Positions 1 through 11,594 are shown, counted from the first letter of the stretch. The stretch is 64,000 nucleotides of DNA from Octopus sinensis (GCF_006345805.1 NC_043000.1:113584001-113648000); one strand, 5' to 3'. Made by a program: numbers and translations. Notes: generated by a model not told the origin, from the sequence alone.

Positions 1-1394
1 TTCGAACTCAGAATTAAAGGGACATAACACTTTGCTGAACGAATATTCTGTGACCAGCTCTACCCATAATTTTGTCATCCACTACCGCCAATGATGCTAT
101 GAGTTATAAAAAATATAAACAACGGAACTTTTAAAGGAAATAATTATCGTGTTTAGAAAATTTAATTACTTGATAGAGTTTCTAGACACAAAATCTAAAA
201 CTTTGTGCAAATAAAGAACCACCACAGATGCAGGATTACTAAGTTTACTAAGGACAAGGACCTCCTTCCAGATGTATTCTCTGATTTGCGAGTGCATAGA
301 GAGGCCAATCCATTCAGGCTATCTCCATCATTCTTACACATCTTTTAATACTTTTACTGAAGAACAGCACCTGATAATAAAAATAACGACGGGTTGTCTT
401 CATTGTCACAAGACCTTCAATATGTAAAGAAGGAGTATGATTCATTAAGTTGATACCAGTAAATCACTGGTATATTTATGCAATAAAACGTGAGGAATTA
501 CAAGGGAGATAATTCATCCTCGCAGATTTCAGAATATCAAAGATGCGCTGAAAATTAGTCATAATAAACCATTTAACAAGGTGTTCTTCGCAGCCTTATC
601 GATAAAACTCCTGAATCAATACAATTTCTGAATAAAGGATAATGCTTTGTTTGAATAACGGATAATGCTTGATGCTTGGTTTCTGCCGAAGTTAGTAACA
701 TCAAAATAAGTGATGACTGATTTTTTTTACACATTGCCATCACCGTTGTATGACGTAATTAACATCAATCGAATATATTTAGCTAACTCCTTGCGTCACC
801 GAAGGCTTTGGCACTGGATTCGTTAGATGTCAGCATAGATGTCAGTAGTCTCTCTTCATTATTTCCGAAAAATTTACATGATACAGAACTTTTTCGATGC
901 AATATGATTTAAATACAACAGCAACAACAACAATTTCACGAATATTACATATTCTACAATGAACTCTCCCAATGAATGCTAGAATAGGCAATTATCTTTC
1001 AGCAGTAGCAAAAGCCCTTGATTAAAAACAAAACATATACCATACATATATACATGCATGCAAACAATCACACAAGCGTGCACTTGTATGTATAAATATT
1101 TGCGTGTATGTTTAAGATAATGAACGATTGTGTGTTCTACGTTTATGTGTGAAATATGTAAGATATAAATAAATCATGTAAGAAATTTGTTGACGAATTT
1201 GTGGCAAATTTTCTTACGGTTTTTCGACAGTCACTCAAATGTAGATAATAAATTACATTGCAACATGTTTACGAATATTATTGTGTTTATTTCGTCACGC
1301 TGCTCCCCTAATTCACTCGTTTGAATTATAAACAGTAGAAAACTCAGAGTAATGATACAAGAAGCCTTTAAAATTAATTATAGTAATGGTTTTG

Positions 1395-1845
1395 AATGTA
1401 GACAAAAGGTCAACGTTTTTAAAGGGGGTGAGGTGCTACTTGATACCATCGAACTCGTCAATTGATTAGGGTATTTGTTTATCGATCCTGCAAGGATGAA
1501 AGGCAAAGTTCACATCGAAAAAGTGGAACTCAGGCACTGTCGAAAAGCAGAGCGTAATGCCAACAGAGATATCACTGAGTATTTTGGCCGATGCTCTTAC
1601 GACTCTGCTAGTTCCCCTGTTTTAACAATATCTTTCTATTACGGGCATAAGGACTGAAATTTGGGACGGCAGGGTGGGGGTGGGGGCTTCTCGATGTCAT
1701 TGAACCCGGTCTTCAACTAGTTCTTATTGCAGCCCTCCGAAGGGGATGAAACACAAAGCCGAACATCATTGGATTTGAACACAGAAAGTGAAGACGGACG
1801 AAATGCCACTAAGCCAGTGTGCTAACGATTCTTGTCAGTTGTTTG
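1395..1845 (-). mobile_element. Two adjacent diverged copies of tRNA-headed SINE family A
   Basis: Both contain degenerate forms of the family-A core (e.g. aggatgaaaggcaaagtt, tttgaacacagaa...gacggacgaaatgcc) seen intact at 22595-22810 and 32845-33050. Confidence 0.7.
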
Positions 1846-1854
1846 ACCTTAACC

Positions 1855-2261
1855 AATTGTGCATGTCCCTTAGTGGCTGACGATATGTGCATCTCTGATC
1901 ATGAGCAAAAGTAGAGGGGGAGCATCATAGCCATGTGTTTAGAGGAATTCTTTGGGGCTTGGATAATTCACCTTTGGAAACATGGGTGTTTCATTCAACA
2001 TCCTTAAACAACCGTTATTCAGGGACCTTTTGTGCAGTACAGGCTACTCGACCTGAAGAAAATTCTAACTGGGTCCCACCTGCAAGCTCATGCACTGTCT
2101 ATCTTGATATGCGATCACCATGTCACGCATATATCGTTGTGATGCATGTGCCTGGTGTACCCTTATCAGACGGGTAATCATGATGGACATATTGGGCTCC
2201 ATATACTTGTAGCCCAGTGTCACTTTGATTGCATCTGCTGCTCTCTCACTCAATAATAATG

Positions 2262-2351
<90 letters not shown>

Positions 2352-2379
2352 TAATAATAATGATAATAATAATAATAAT
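1855..2379 (+). mobile_element. 3' end of a non-LTR retroelement (family F) ending in an (AAT)n tail
   Basis: Homologous to 4895-5378 (caccatgtcacgcatatat...cctggtgt...ccttatcaga...cccagtgtcactttgat...ctctctcac). Both run directly into long (AAT)n tracts. Confidence 0.6.
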
Positions 2380-2606
2380 GAAATTAAGATGTTTAACGGA
2401 AAAAAAGCAGGATCGAAAACGGCACATGACGGTACAATTCAATATTTTACAGAGTTATATAAAAGCATGTCACAAGCAAACTCAAAAAGAAGAAAATTAA
2501 AAACAGGAAATAATCCGATCCCTACCCCTCAAAAAAATTAAATAGGGAGATGATCTAGTACTGTTCGTAGAAATCAACGCCCCCATCCCCCGCCAAAAGA
2601 ATAACC

Positions 2607-2775
2607 TTTTCAGTGTACGCCGCCGACATCACCGCCACGTTCTTGTACACCAGCGACATCGTGATGACCAGCACAGGTTTGAGAGATTGCAAGGAGGTGA
2701 AGAAAGCAAAAGCCAACCAAGAAAAGAGCGTGGGCCTGTTGCTCGGGACTTTCCGAGGCAGGTCCGCGTCTTTCT
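2607..2775 (+). mobile_element. Tx1/L1-like LINE reverse-transcriptase fragment (YADD region), inverted relative to the adjacent fragment
   Basis: Translates as SVYAADITATFLYTSDIVMTSTGLRDCKEVKKAKANQEKSVGLLLGTFRGRS, a decayed YADD motif followed by the AKINxEKSVGLxLG segment typical of Tx1-like ORF2. Confidence 0.7.
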
Positions 2776-2779
2776 ATAT

Positions 2780-4060
2780 TTACATGCAGCGCGGGATACA
2801 CCGCCAAACGCAATCACGTTTCAAGAGTCAGAGACTGGAGAAGCTTAATCCTTGATAGACTGAGCGCCTAATAATGAATGATTACGATAGTCGACCATTC
2901 ACTCGAACTACCGTACAGATGTCGCTGTATTTTGCGGCAATACAATCGCGAAACACATAGCTGGAACTGGCCGCCATTTGAACAACTACTAAGTATTGTT
3001 GGTTGGCCATATCGAAAACTTTTGATTGATATAAATTGATGAGGGCCTCACCCACGCCAGGTCGATTTCTAATCCTTGCTATGATATATTGCATGAAGTT
3101 GCGGTTTCATGCATAGATCAGTTTGAGATGGCACACGTTGGGCATTGCCAATTAGACCATCGACGACAACCACCAAACACTTTGCTAACACCTAGGTCAA
3201 GATTTTGAAATCTACGTTTAACATATATATGGACCGAAAATTATCCCCCTTGTTTGGTTCCTTTCTCAGCAGCATCATCATTCCTCGGCTCACAGAACTA
3301 GGACTTCCCTTGCTCTGCTGCCGGTTGCGGTAGATACTTGCCAAGAAGTCTCCAAACTAGACTGGTATATCAAAGTAAAGCTCAGGGCAGACCATCTAAA
3401 CATAGCCATTTTTCTACTCGTGCCGCTACTCTCATAGCTACTTCTACCATTGCCTCGTTCACTGGTTGCTTCTCTGATACTGATACTGTTCTTCTCCTTC
3501 TCCTCTCCTGCTGCTACTCTTACTATTTACACTGCTACCACAACCACTGCTACCTAAAGCAATTATGGCAGTTAACACAGTCAGTACACTCCAAATTTTT
3601 AGGCAGAAGTACTTACCGTACTTCTATGGTTGTTATGGGTCATTCGCAACACCTGCTTCTGTTGTTGAGAGTCGCAACTGGCCGTTGGCGTTAGTCCTGT
3701 AGTCCATTCTGCGCTCTCGTCTTCCATTCGCTCGGGACAGTTGATTGAAGGGCTCCTAAAAAGCCGAACACTTCTACTTGGCATCAAGCTACATGCAAGC
3801 ATTATTGTCCACCAAAGATCCAATTATGGCATTGTTGCCACGCTCTGTTTCTGCCACTCGGGCCAATCGAACGGCTTTCGGCCCCGCATGTCCTAGAGTA
3901 TGCACCTCAGCACTGACAATACAGCTTTTGCAATTTGCGTTAACGAACTGGTCGAGGGCTAATCTCGTCGGAAGCACGTTTGTTGCGGTGACTTTCCTAA
4001 GAGCTTTTTCTAACTTTCTAAATCCCGCGTTACTCTATTTACCGCTATCATTCTACTTTA
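2780..4060 (-). mobile_element. Decayed Tx1/L1-like LINE ORF2 (EN-RT linker plus N-terminal RT motifs), interrupted at about 3345-3600
   Basis: Minus-strand translations: RLALDQFVNANCKSCIVSAEV...RLARVAETERGNNAIIGSL; FGDFLASIYRNRQQ...LLRKEPNKGDNFRSIYMLNVDFKILT; ALINLYQSKVFD...VVRVNGRLS*SFIIRRSVYQG. Contains stops and frameshifts. Confidence 0.8.
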
Positions 4061-4224
4061 AAGGTCCGGTTAACTTCTCTAGTCATCGTTACTTAGCGCG
4101 TCAAGACCGACGGGATTAACTTCCAGTCACTGAGTCCCTGCCTCCGAAGTTTATCTAGGTCGACTGAACTGATCACAACCCTGTGGTCTGAGTAGCCAAT
4201 GATTGAGTGGCACTTACATTATAC

Positions 4225-4870
4225 TTAACCAATACTTATTCCATCGACCCAGAAAGGATGAAACACAAAGTCGACTTCAGCGAAATTTGATCTCTGTACG
4301 TAAAGAGGAATTTGCTACGCTCTACCGATTTTGCCACACGGTTACACGGATCTAGTATCACACATTTGGTTTACTTGTGGTTCCGAGCGAAATGCCGATT
4401 ACGTTAACCTCAGTATTTCACTGGTATTATATTTTATCGATCATCCCCGTAAGGATAAATCACGACGTTTAATTCTGTGGTGTAAAGGGAGATAACTATA
4501 TACGGAGAAGTAATTTGTACGACACGTCCATAATTCTGACATTTGTCAATCATCAGCAACCATATATTAGTAATAATGATTTCTTCTATAGGCGCAAGGC
4601 CTGAAATTTGAGGGATGAGGACAGTTGATTATATCGACGCCAATACTCAACTGGTACTTATTTTATCGACCCCGAAAAGATAAAAAAAGAAGGGACGACC
4701 TCGGCAGAACTTGAACTCAGGACGTATAGACAGACGAAATGCCGCTAAGCCTCTTGTGTGGCGTGCTACCGAAGAGGGAGAAGTGTTAGTCTTTATCATC
4801 GGTCCCAGCACTCAACATGTATTTGTTTCATCGACTCCGGCGGAATTTAAACTCAGAACGAAATGCTACG
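4225..4870 (-). mobile_element. Cluster of about four diverged or partial SINE-A copies
   Basis: Repeated atcgaccc...aaggatgaaa...gtcgac...tttga.ctc core near 4240, 4435, 4660 and 4810. Confidence 0.65.
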
Positions 4871-4894
4871 AAATATTTGGTATAAAAGATGGGC

Positions 4895-5253
4895 CCCAGT
4901 AAATATCCTGCTTAATACTGTAGGCTTGTTTTCAACCTGAAGAAAATTCTGGGCCCTAGCTGGAAGGCCATGTGTTGCATATCATAATATGAGGTCACCA
5001 TGTCACGCATATATATGGCTGTGACGCATGCACCTGGTGTCTCCTTATCAGATCGGTAGTCATGATGGGTATATTAGTCTTCGAACATTTCTAACCCAGC
5101 GTCACTTTGATGGCGTATGCTACTCTCTCACACCATAATAATAATATAATAATAATAATAACAATAATAATAATAATAATGATAATGATAATAATAATAA
5201 TAATGATAATGATAATAATATAATAATAATGATAATAATAATAATAATAATAA

Positions 5254-5294
<41 letters not shown>

Positions 5295-5295
5295 C

Positions 5296-5350
<55 letters not shown>

Positions 5351-5378
5351 TAATAATAACAATAATAATAATAATAAT
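4895..5378 (+). mobile_element. Second family-F non-LTR 3' end with (AAT)n tail
   Basis: Homologous to 2000-2379, from cctgaagaaaattct through ctctctcac, then (AAT)n. Confidence 0.6.
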
Positions 5379-5583
5379 TTTGGCACAAGGTCAGCATTTT
5401 CGAGGGAGGGAGTAAGCCGATTGCCTCGGTCCTCAGTGCTCAATTGGTATTTACTTTATTGACCCCGAAAGGATGAAAGGCAAAGTCGACCTCGGCGGAA
5501 TTTGAACTCAGAACGTAACGGCAGACGAAATACCGCTAAGCATTTCGCCCGGTTTGCTAACGTTCTGCTAGCTCGTCGCCTTA
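5379..5583 (-). mobile_element. SINE family A, near full length
   Basis: Reverse complement gives the tRNA-like head (AAGGCGACGAGCTAGCAGAACGTTAGC, B-box-like GAGTTCAAATTCC) plus the core GTCGACTTTGCCTTTCATCCTTTCGGGGTC. Confidence 0.9.
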
Positions 5584-5596
5584 TAATAACAACAGC

Positions 5597-5651
<55 letters not shown>

Positions 5652-5661
5652 TATTATTATT

Positions 5662-5729
<68 letters not shown>

Positions 5730-5739
5730 TGATGATGAT

Positions 5740-6055
5740 GATTTCTTTTATTGACCAATCGGCCTCAAGATGCTGCAAACTGTACAAAGGCAGAATGCAT
5801 AAGAATATAAGAATCAAGAAACAGTGGGAGATTTATAAGTTGCAAAAACGCTGAGATAAAGAAAAGATCTAATCTAGTGGGGGGGTCTGCTCTTGGGTAG
5901 GTCCTGTGCATGTGAATCTTCTCCAGTTCTTCATATACGACCTGGGAAGGCCCGTAACCCCCACCTGTCGCCGCTTAATAGTTTACTAGTTTTTCGGCTG
6001 CCATGATTAGACTTGGGATGGACGCTGGAGTGCTTCCCCGTTACTTTCTCTAGGC
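5740..6055 (-). mobile_element. Probable 3' end of an R4/Dong-like non-LTR element
   Basis: Minus strand gives CLEKVTGKHSS then (frameshift) IMAAEKLVN, resembling the C-terminus of restriction-like-endonuclease LINEs. It ends AATAAAAGAAAT followed by (CAT)n/(ATT)n. Family assignment is from memory only. Confidence 0.4.
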
Positions 6056-6104
6056 AGGTAGGATTTGAACTCAGGATGTAGAGAGCCGGATGATATACCG
6101 AAAA

Positions 6105-6282
6105 GCATTAGCGGTATTTTGTCTGTCTTTCCGTCCTGGGTTCAAATTCCGTCAAGTTCGACTTTGCCCTTCATCCTTTGCAGCTCGATAAAATAAATAC
6201 CAGTTGCATATTGGGGATTGATATAATCGATATATTCCTTCTCACAAACTTGCTGGCCTTGTGCCAGAACTTGAAACTAATA
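6105..6282 (+). mobile_element. SINE family A (5'-partial)
   Basis: gggttcaaattccgtcaagttcgactttgcccttcatcctttgcagctcgataaaataaataccag...ggccttgtgcc. Confidence 0.85.
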
Positions 6283-6285
6283 ACA

Positions 6286-6495
6286 TAGGCTCAAGAAGTA
6301 AAATTTGCAAGGAGGGAAGCAGTCAATACCATCTACCCAGTTCTTACGGGTACTTTATTTTATCGACCCTGGAAAGATGAAATGTAAAGATAGCATCGGT
6401 GAGGTTTGAACTATTTCTTTCGAATTAAGAAAAGTGTCGGAAAAAGATAGTGCCGAGCAGTTTGTTCGACGCGCCAACGATTCTATCAAACCACT
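6286..6495 (-). mobile_element. SINE family A, diverged, tail-to-tail with the previous copy
   Basis: ggtactttattttatcgaccctggaaagatgaaatgtaaag...ggtttgaact. Confidence 0.7.
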
Positions 6496-6779
6496 AGTTT
6501 TGGTGATAATTTTACTAATGAGAACAGGGACCAGATTACCTAACGTTCGTACTTTTCCACAAGTACGTACAGTGTTCAAAATCGGATGAAATAGCGCCTT
6601 CTGAGTATCGAACTCGTGATAATAATTTCATTCTCTCGATCTCTCTCCCTTCCTCCCTCCCTCTCTTTCTGTCTTACTTACTCGCTCTCTCTCTCTCTCT
6701 CTCTCTCCCTTACTCTTATTTTCTCTCCAGTCTAATTCTCTCTCTCCTATCTTTCACTCTTACTCTTCCTCTTTCTCTG

Positions 6780-7570
6780 TAATTATTACCACCACCAATA
6801 CTACTACTACCACTACTACTGCTGCTGTTGTTGCCGCTGTTGCTGCTGCTGCTGCTGCTGCTGCTGTTGCTGCTGTTGCTGATGTTGCAGTTGCTTCTCT
6901 GCCTATTCTAGCTATCTGCAACTGCTGCTACAAAAAAAAGCTGCTGCTGTTGTCCCTCCAGCGGCTGACATCGCTGCTGCTGCTGCTGCCTGCTGCTGTT
7001 ATTACAGCTACTGCTGCTGCTGTGCTTGCATTACTTGCTGCAGTTCGTGTCAGCTACGGCTGCTGCTGCTGATGATGATCATGATGGTGCCACTATTACT
7101 ACTGCTACTGCTGTTGCTGCTGCTGCTGCCATCTTAGTTGCAGCTCTTCGCGAGCTTGGAGTTCTTGTTGCTGCTTCTGCTGCTGCAGTTACTGTTGCAG
7201 CTCTTGATTCTACCATTGTTGCTGCAGCTGGGGCTGTTGTTGCTGCACTCTGCGGTAACTATAAATTGTTGTCGATGTTGTTGTTCTTTTTTGTGCATTT
7301 CATTTTTTATTCTTCTTATTCGTGTTGTGATTACGATTGTACCTCTGACACACTTAGCAGTTGTGGTTGTAGTTCTGGTGGTTGTGCAGTGGTTGTGATT
7401 GTTGTTGTGGCTGTGTTCATTGTTCAGATTCGTATTAATAGTAGAAGTAGTAGTACTAGTAGTAGCAATGGTAGTGGTGGTGGTGACGATGGTATCGGTG
7501 GCGCTGGTGGTATTAGCGGTACAGGTACTCTTGGTGTTGATCATGTTGTAGTTCTTGTTGTAGTTGCTAC
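6780..7570. repeat. Cryptic trinucleotide mosaic (GCT/GTT/ACT/GGT)
   Basis: Low-complexity triplet runs. The poly-A/V/T ORFs here are repeat translations. Confidence 0.85.
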
Positions 7571-8599
7571 CATTTAGCTACATGAGCATACGTAAGATCA
7601 GATCAAAGGCATTCCATCCATGACTATCTCGTCCTCTTGCATATTAGGGAATACATTATCTAATTGAATCTTTCCTTTCTCTCCTACGGTAGGATTGTGA
7701 TTCGAAGAAGATCTAGCTGCTATTTCTGGCATGTTGAGCGACTACATAGAGACTCATTTGCTGCTGTTAGAATTATCCTGGCGTTAACGTTGATGCTGAT
7801 GAGGTTGCTGGCGGTTGGACCTTAAGTCAACCCTAATGGAGAACTACGATCAGGTGTATTCCATTTGTGACCATCACGTTAATTTTTAAGCTGAGAGGAC
7901 TATGTTACCGAAAGCGAGTTTTCTTTTATGTAGGAGAGTATTGATGGGATTCCATTTGGATTTAGCTTCTATTTCTGACTTAACGGGCGACCTCCTATGG
8001 ATTTGGACTTTATAATTCAAAAAACATTATTAGTGCCACAGAAATATTACTAAAACCACACACACACACACACACAAACCTAAAAACACAAAATATAAAT
8101 CAAACTTGGCCACAACGTGGCTATTTTTTTATGCTTGTAAAAACAACTGAACATTCCTCAAACTGCACCCCGTACTTTTGTCTTTTCTTTTATTCACTCG
8201 GCTTGTAAGAAGGGTGGGTGTCCATGATATTTGCTGGCCCTCCGAGAACTGTGAGGTTGTTTAAGAGGAGGGAAAAAAAGGAAGGAAAGGAACATACGCA
8301 TCCACCTTCAATTGTCGTTTTAGCTGTACAGTATGTGAATATAAAACTGGATGGTCACGGCTGAAAGATCGTTAGATCTTTAATCCGTCTGCTTGATCGA
8401 GACAGACCGGGTGTTAAACAATAACATGAACGTCAACACTGTTACCTCATCTTTGGACATTACCAATCCAAGGCCTGGCCAATTCTCAGCCGCAAACAGA
8501 ACTGAAAGGGGACAATATAATCATGTTAGGGGTAGAGTCTGACGATCAATTTTGGTGATCAAGTATGGCGTTCATTCATAATTCTGTTAGTGTTTAGTA

Positions 8600-8690
8600 A
8601 TGATTGTATAACGATGGTACCGAGAGCTGGGGGGGGGTGTTGCCGACGAGGGTATTGATGCTGGTGGTGGACGTTGTGGTGAGGGGACGG

Positions 8691-8722
<32 letters not shown>

Positions 8723-9300
8723 ATGATGATGATGACGATGATGATGGTGACGACGACGACAACGATGGCGATTGTAATTGTGATACCCGTCGTGGCGGTG
8801 GTGGTGATAAACGATGACGACGACGACGGCGATAACCATGATGATGATGATGATGATGATGATGACGATGATGACGATAGTTTCGTCTCGGCAAATGCTG
8901 ATGAATGTGTTGGCAGTAACGATGTGTTTGACTTGACAGACTGTGCGATTGCAATAACGAGCAAAACTAACAAAAGCAACAACAGCAGCAACAACAACAA
9001 CAGCAACAAAAGTAACGAGCAACAATAACAACAACAACAGCAACAGCTAATAAAACAAATGCTACTAACTCCCAAAGGATTCCTAAATGAAAAAAACCTA
9101 CCAACATTACTAGCAACTGCAATCACACCGGGGAAAAATGCTACTACTACCACAATCACCACCTACACCATAACACCCTCTACCATAAACACCAAGTCTA
9201 ATACTACTACTACTACTACTACTACCACTAATAATACTAATACTACTGCTCCTGCTGCTACTACTATGACCAACCTTGTAATTACCATTCCAACCAGTAA
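8600..9300. repeat. (GAT/GAC)n, (CAA)n and (ACT)n mosaic containing a non-repetitive core shared with 24545-24802
   Basis: Core gattgtaattgtgatac...ggtgataaacga at 8770-8814. Confidence 0.8.
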
Positions 9301-9361
9301 CATCCCTATTGCGAGCACCGTGATGGTTACGGCTAGAATTGTAGTTCTACACAATTTGGGG

Positions 9362-9629
9362 CAGTGTTTCCCAATAATTTTTTCATCCACCTTAGAACCC
9401 CTTTCCTTCCTATTTTACTTGGTTGAGCCCCTCATAACCATTTCGTGTTTAAAAAAATCTTATATTTTTAATATAGATGGATGTTATTAGGAATTGTATA
9501 TGAAAGAAAAAAAAATTGTTGAAATATTTTGTATTTTGTAGACACTTAATTGGGTTTTTTTTTGTGTACGTAAATGCTGATAATATATGGACCCTTAAGA
9601 CTCATACGGACCCCGACTGAAAATCACTG
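9362..9629. mobile_element. hAT-like MITE
   Basis: Termini CAGTGTTTCCCAA and CTGAAAATCACTG. The 8-bp flanks ATTTGGGG and ATCTGGGA match at 6/8 positions, compatible with a decayed 8-bp TSD. Confidence 0.5.
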
Positions 9630-9676
9630 ATCTGGGAAAACAAGAATACGAATAATAACCCTTAATCATTTGTATT

Positions 9677-9832
9677 ATAGGCACAAGGCCTGGAATTTTG
9701 GGGGAAGGGAGCCAGTCGATTAGATCGACCTCATTACGCAACTGGTACTTAGTTTATCGACCGCGAAAGGATGAAAAGCAAAGTCGACTTCGCCGGAATT
9801 TGAACTCAGAACATAAAGGCAGACGAAATACC
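9677..9832 (-). mobile_element. SINE family A, broken at GACGAAATACC
   Basis: Standard tail and core. The sequence stops at agacgaaatacc, where the tail of a second SINE begins. Confidence 0.9.
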
Positions 9833-9840
9833 TGTTTCTA

Positions 9841-10069
9841 TTTCTTTACTACCCACAGGGGGCTAAACACAGAGGGGACGAACAAGGACAGACAAACGGA
9901 TTAAGTCGATTATATCGAGCCCAGTGTGTAACTGCTACTTATTTAATAGACCCCGAAAGGATGAAAGGCAAAGTCGACCGCGGCGGAATTTGAACTCAGA
10001 AGGTAGCGGCAGACGAAATACCGCTAAACATTTCGCCCGGCATGCTAACGTTTCTGCCAGCTTACCATC

Positions 10070-10070
<1 letters not shown>
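9841..10070 (-). mobile_element. SINE family A variant with an alternative Tx1-like 3' tail
   Basis: Head and core are family A. The tail tttctttactacccacagggggctaaacacagaggggacgaacaagg differs from the usual tail and resembles the LINE terminus at 52031-52085. Confidence 0.85.

Positions 10071-10140
<70 letters not shown>
10071..10140. repeat. (AAT)n microsatellite
   Basis: Pure TAA run. Confidence 0.98.
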
Positions 10141-10142
<2 letters not shown>

Positions 10143-10744
10143 CTAGAGCTTTAACAAAACGAACAATGAGAGGGACCCAATTGAATAGTTTCTCTGAAGA
10201 CTTTCCTAATGTAAGAAAGAACAGTCAAATATTCCTCAACTCACGCTATGGTTCTTAAAGAAAAAAAAGTGAATGGAAACGGAAAATTAGAATTCATTGG
10301 TTAATATACTCCTTGTTGCACTAAATATATAAAATGTTGAGAAACAGATGGGGTGGCCACGGTTGGAATACATTCTATCAAAAACAGGGACCAATACCAG
10401 TGAAACACGACGATTAAAACGAAAATATTAGAAAGGGGTTTGATAATAGAACTGCTGTAGTTATTCCTTATTGCTTTTACAACCGCACCCTTCGCTACTG
10501 CTGCGCTTATTGCAGCTTGGGTTGTTGCAGTTGTTGATGCTACTGCTACGGCTGCTGCTGCTGCTGTTGCCACTACCAGTGATGCTGCTGCTAATGTGGA
10601 GGTGGTGGTGGTGATGGTGACGATGATGATGATGATGATGGCGCTACTGCACAGCCGTTAATTATATTCCTATTTCCTTTGTTCGTGCCAACTGGTCCAT
10701 CTGACCATTCCACCCTCGTCTTAATTAGGGCGTGTAGCCTCCAT

Positions 10745-10764
10745 TCTCTCTCTCTCTCTCTCTT

Positions 10765-10829
<65 letters not shown>
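10745..10829. repeat. (TC)n microsatellite
   Basis: Near-pure TC run. Confidence 0.97.
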
Positions 10830-10836
<7 letters not shown>

Positions 10837-11094
10837 TGTGAGCATATATTTAGTGAACATATGGATGTAGAAAGCACACACGCAGAACAACACACATACA
10901 CGCACATATATACATTTATGGATACGTATATGCACATATATGTATAGATATATGCGCATATGTGTGTGTATATTCATATGCATATATACATACGTACTCA
11001 CATATATACACGTGTATGCGTGCAAACAGATATATGATTCTAGACACACATACACACATACATGTATATATACATACATAATTATATATATATA

Positions 11095-11237
11095 TATATA
11101 GTTAATCCAAACAAGAAAGCACAAAAAAAACACAACAAAGGAGGGTTTAACGTTTCGAGCGGAGCTCTTCGTCGGAAACATAGGAGAAGGGAAGACAGAG
11201 GAAAAAAACCGCCAACAGTACACACGAGGTCACATTA
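11095..11237 (-). mobile_element. Short element (family H1), probably a Penelope-like terminal repeat, carrying a hammerhead-like motif
   Basis: Homologous to 30026-30205. Both begin aatgt(g/a)acc and end ggatt(a/t)ac(TA)n. Motif on the minus strand at 11145-11179. Confidence 0.55.
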
Positions 11238-11594
11238 TATATATATACCATACACACACATATATATGCATGTATACACACACACACACGCACACACATA
11301 TGAGACTAAGAATTCGCTATGAATTCGTTAAGAATTCGCATTCACGTTGGAATTGATTGCAATTTGGCGAAACAAGTACCCAATACAAACAGGTGGGGGG
11401 GGGATCAACATTTATTGAAGGCTGAGCACGCATTAGTCGATACTCGCAATTTTAGGTTTCCGCTCGTATTTACGACAGTATGTATGAGTGTACACGAATG
11501 CATGTTTATATTTTCAATGTATGTATATATGGATCAGAAATATTGAATTTCTAAATCTCTCGTAGAGACATGTACGGTGGTGGGGCGATAGAAT

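Noticed and set aside
7026-7577. 183-aa Ala/Val/Gly-rich ORF and the antisense Thr-rich mucin-like ORF
   Set aside because: Both are translations of triplet-repeat mosaic, with no domain or splice support.
10185-10230. CTGAAGA-ctttcct...aagaaag-aacagtc hammerhead-like remnant
   Set aside because: GAAA is incomplete and stem I does not pair.
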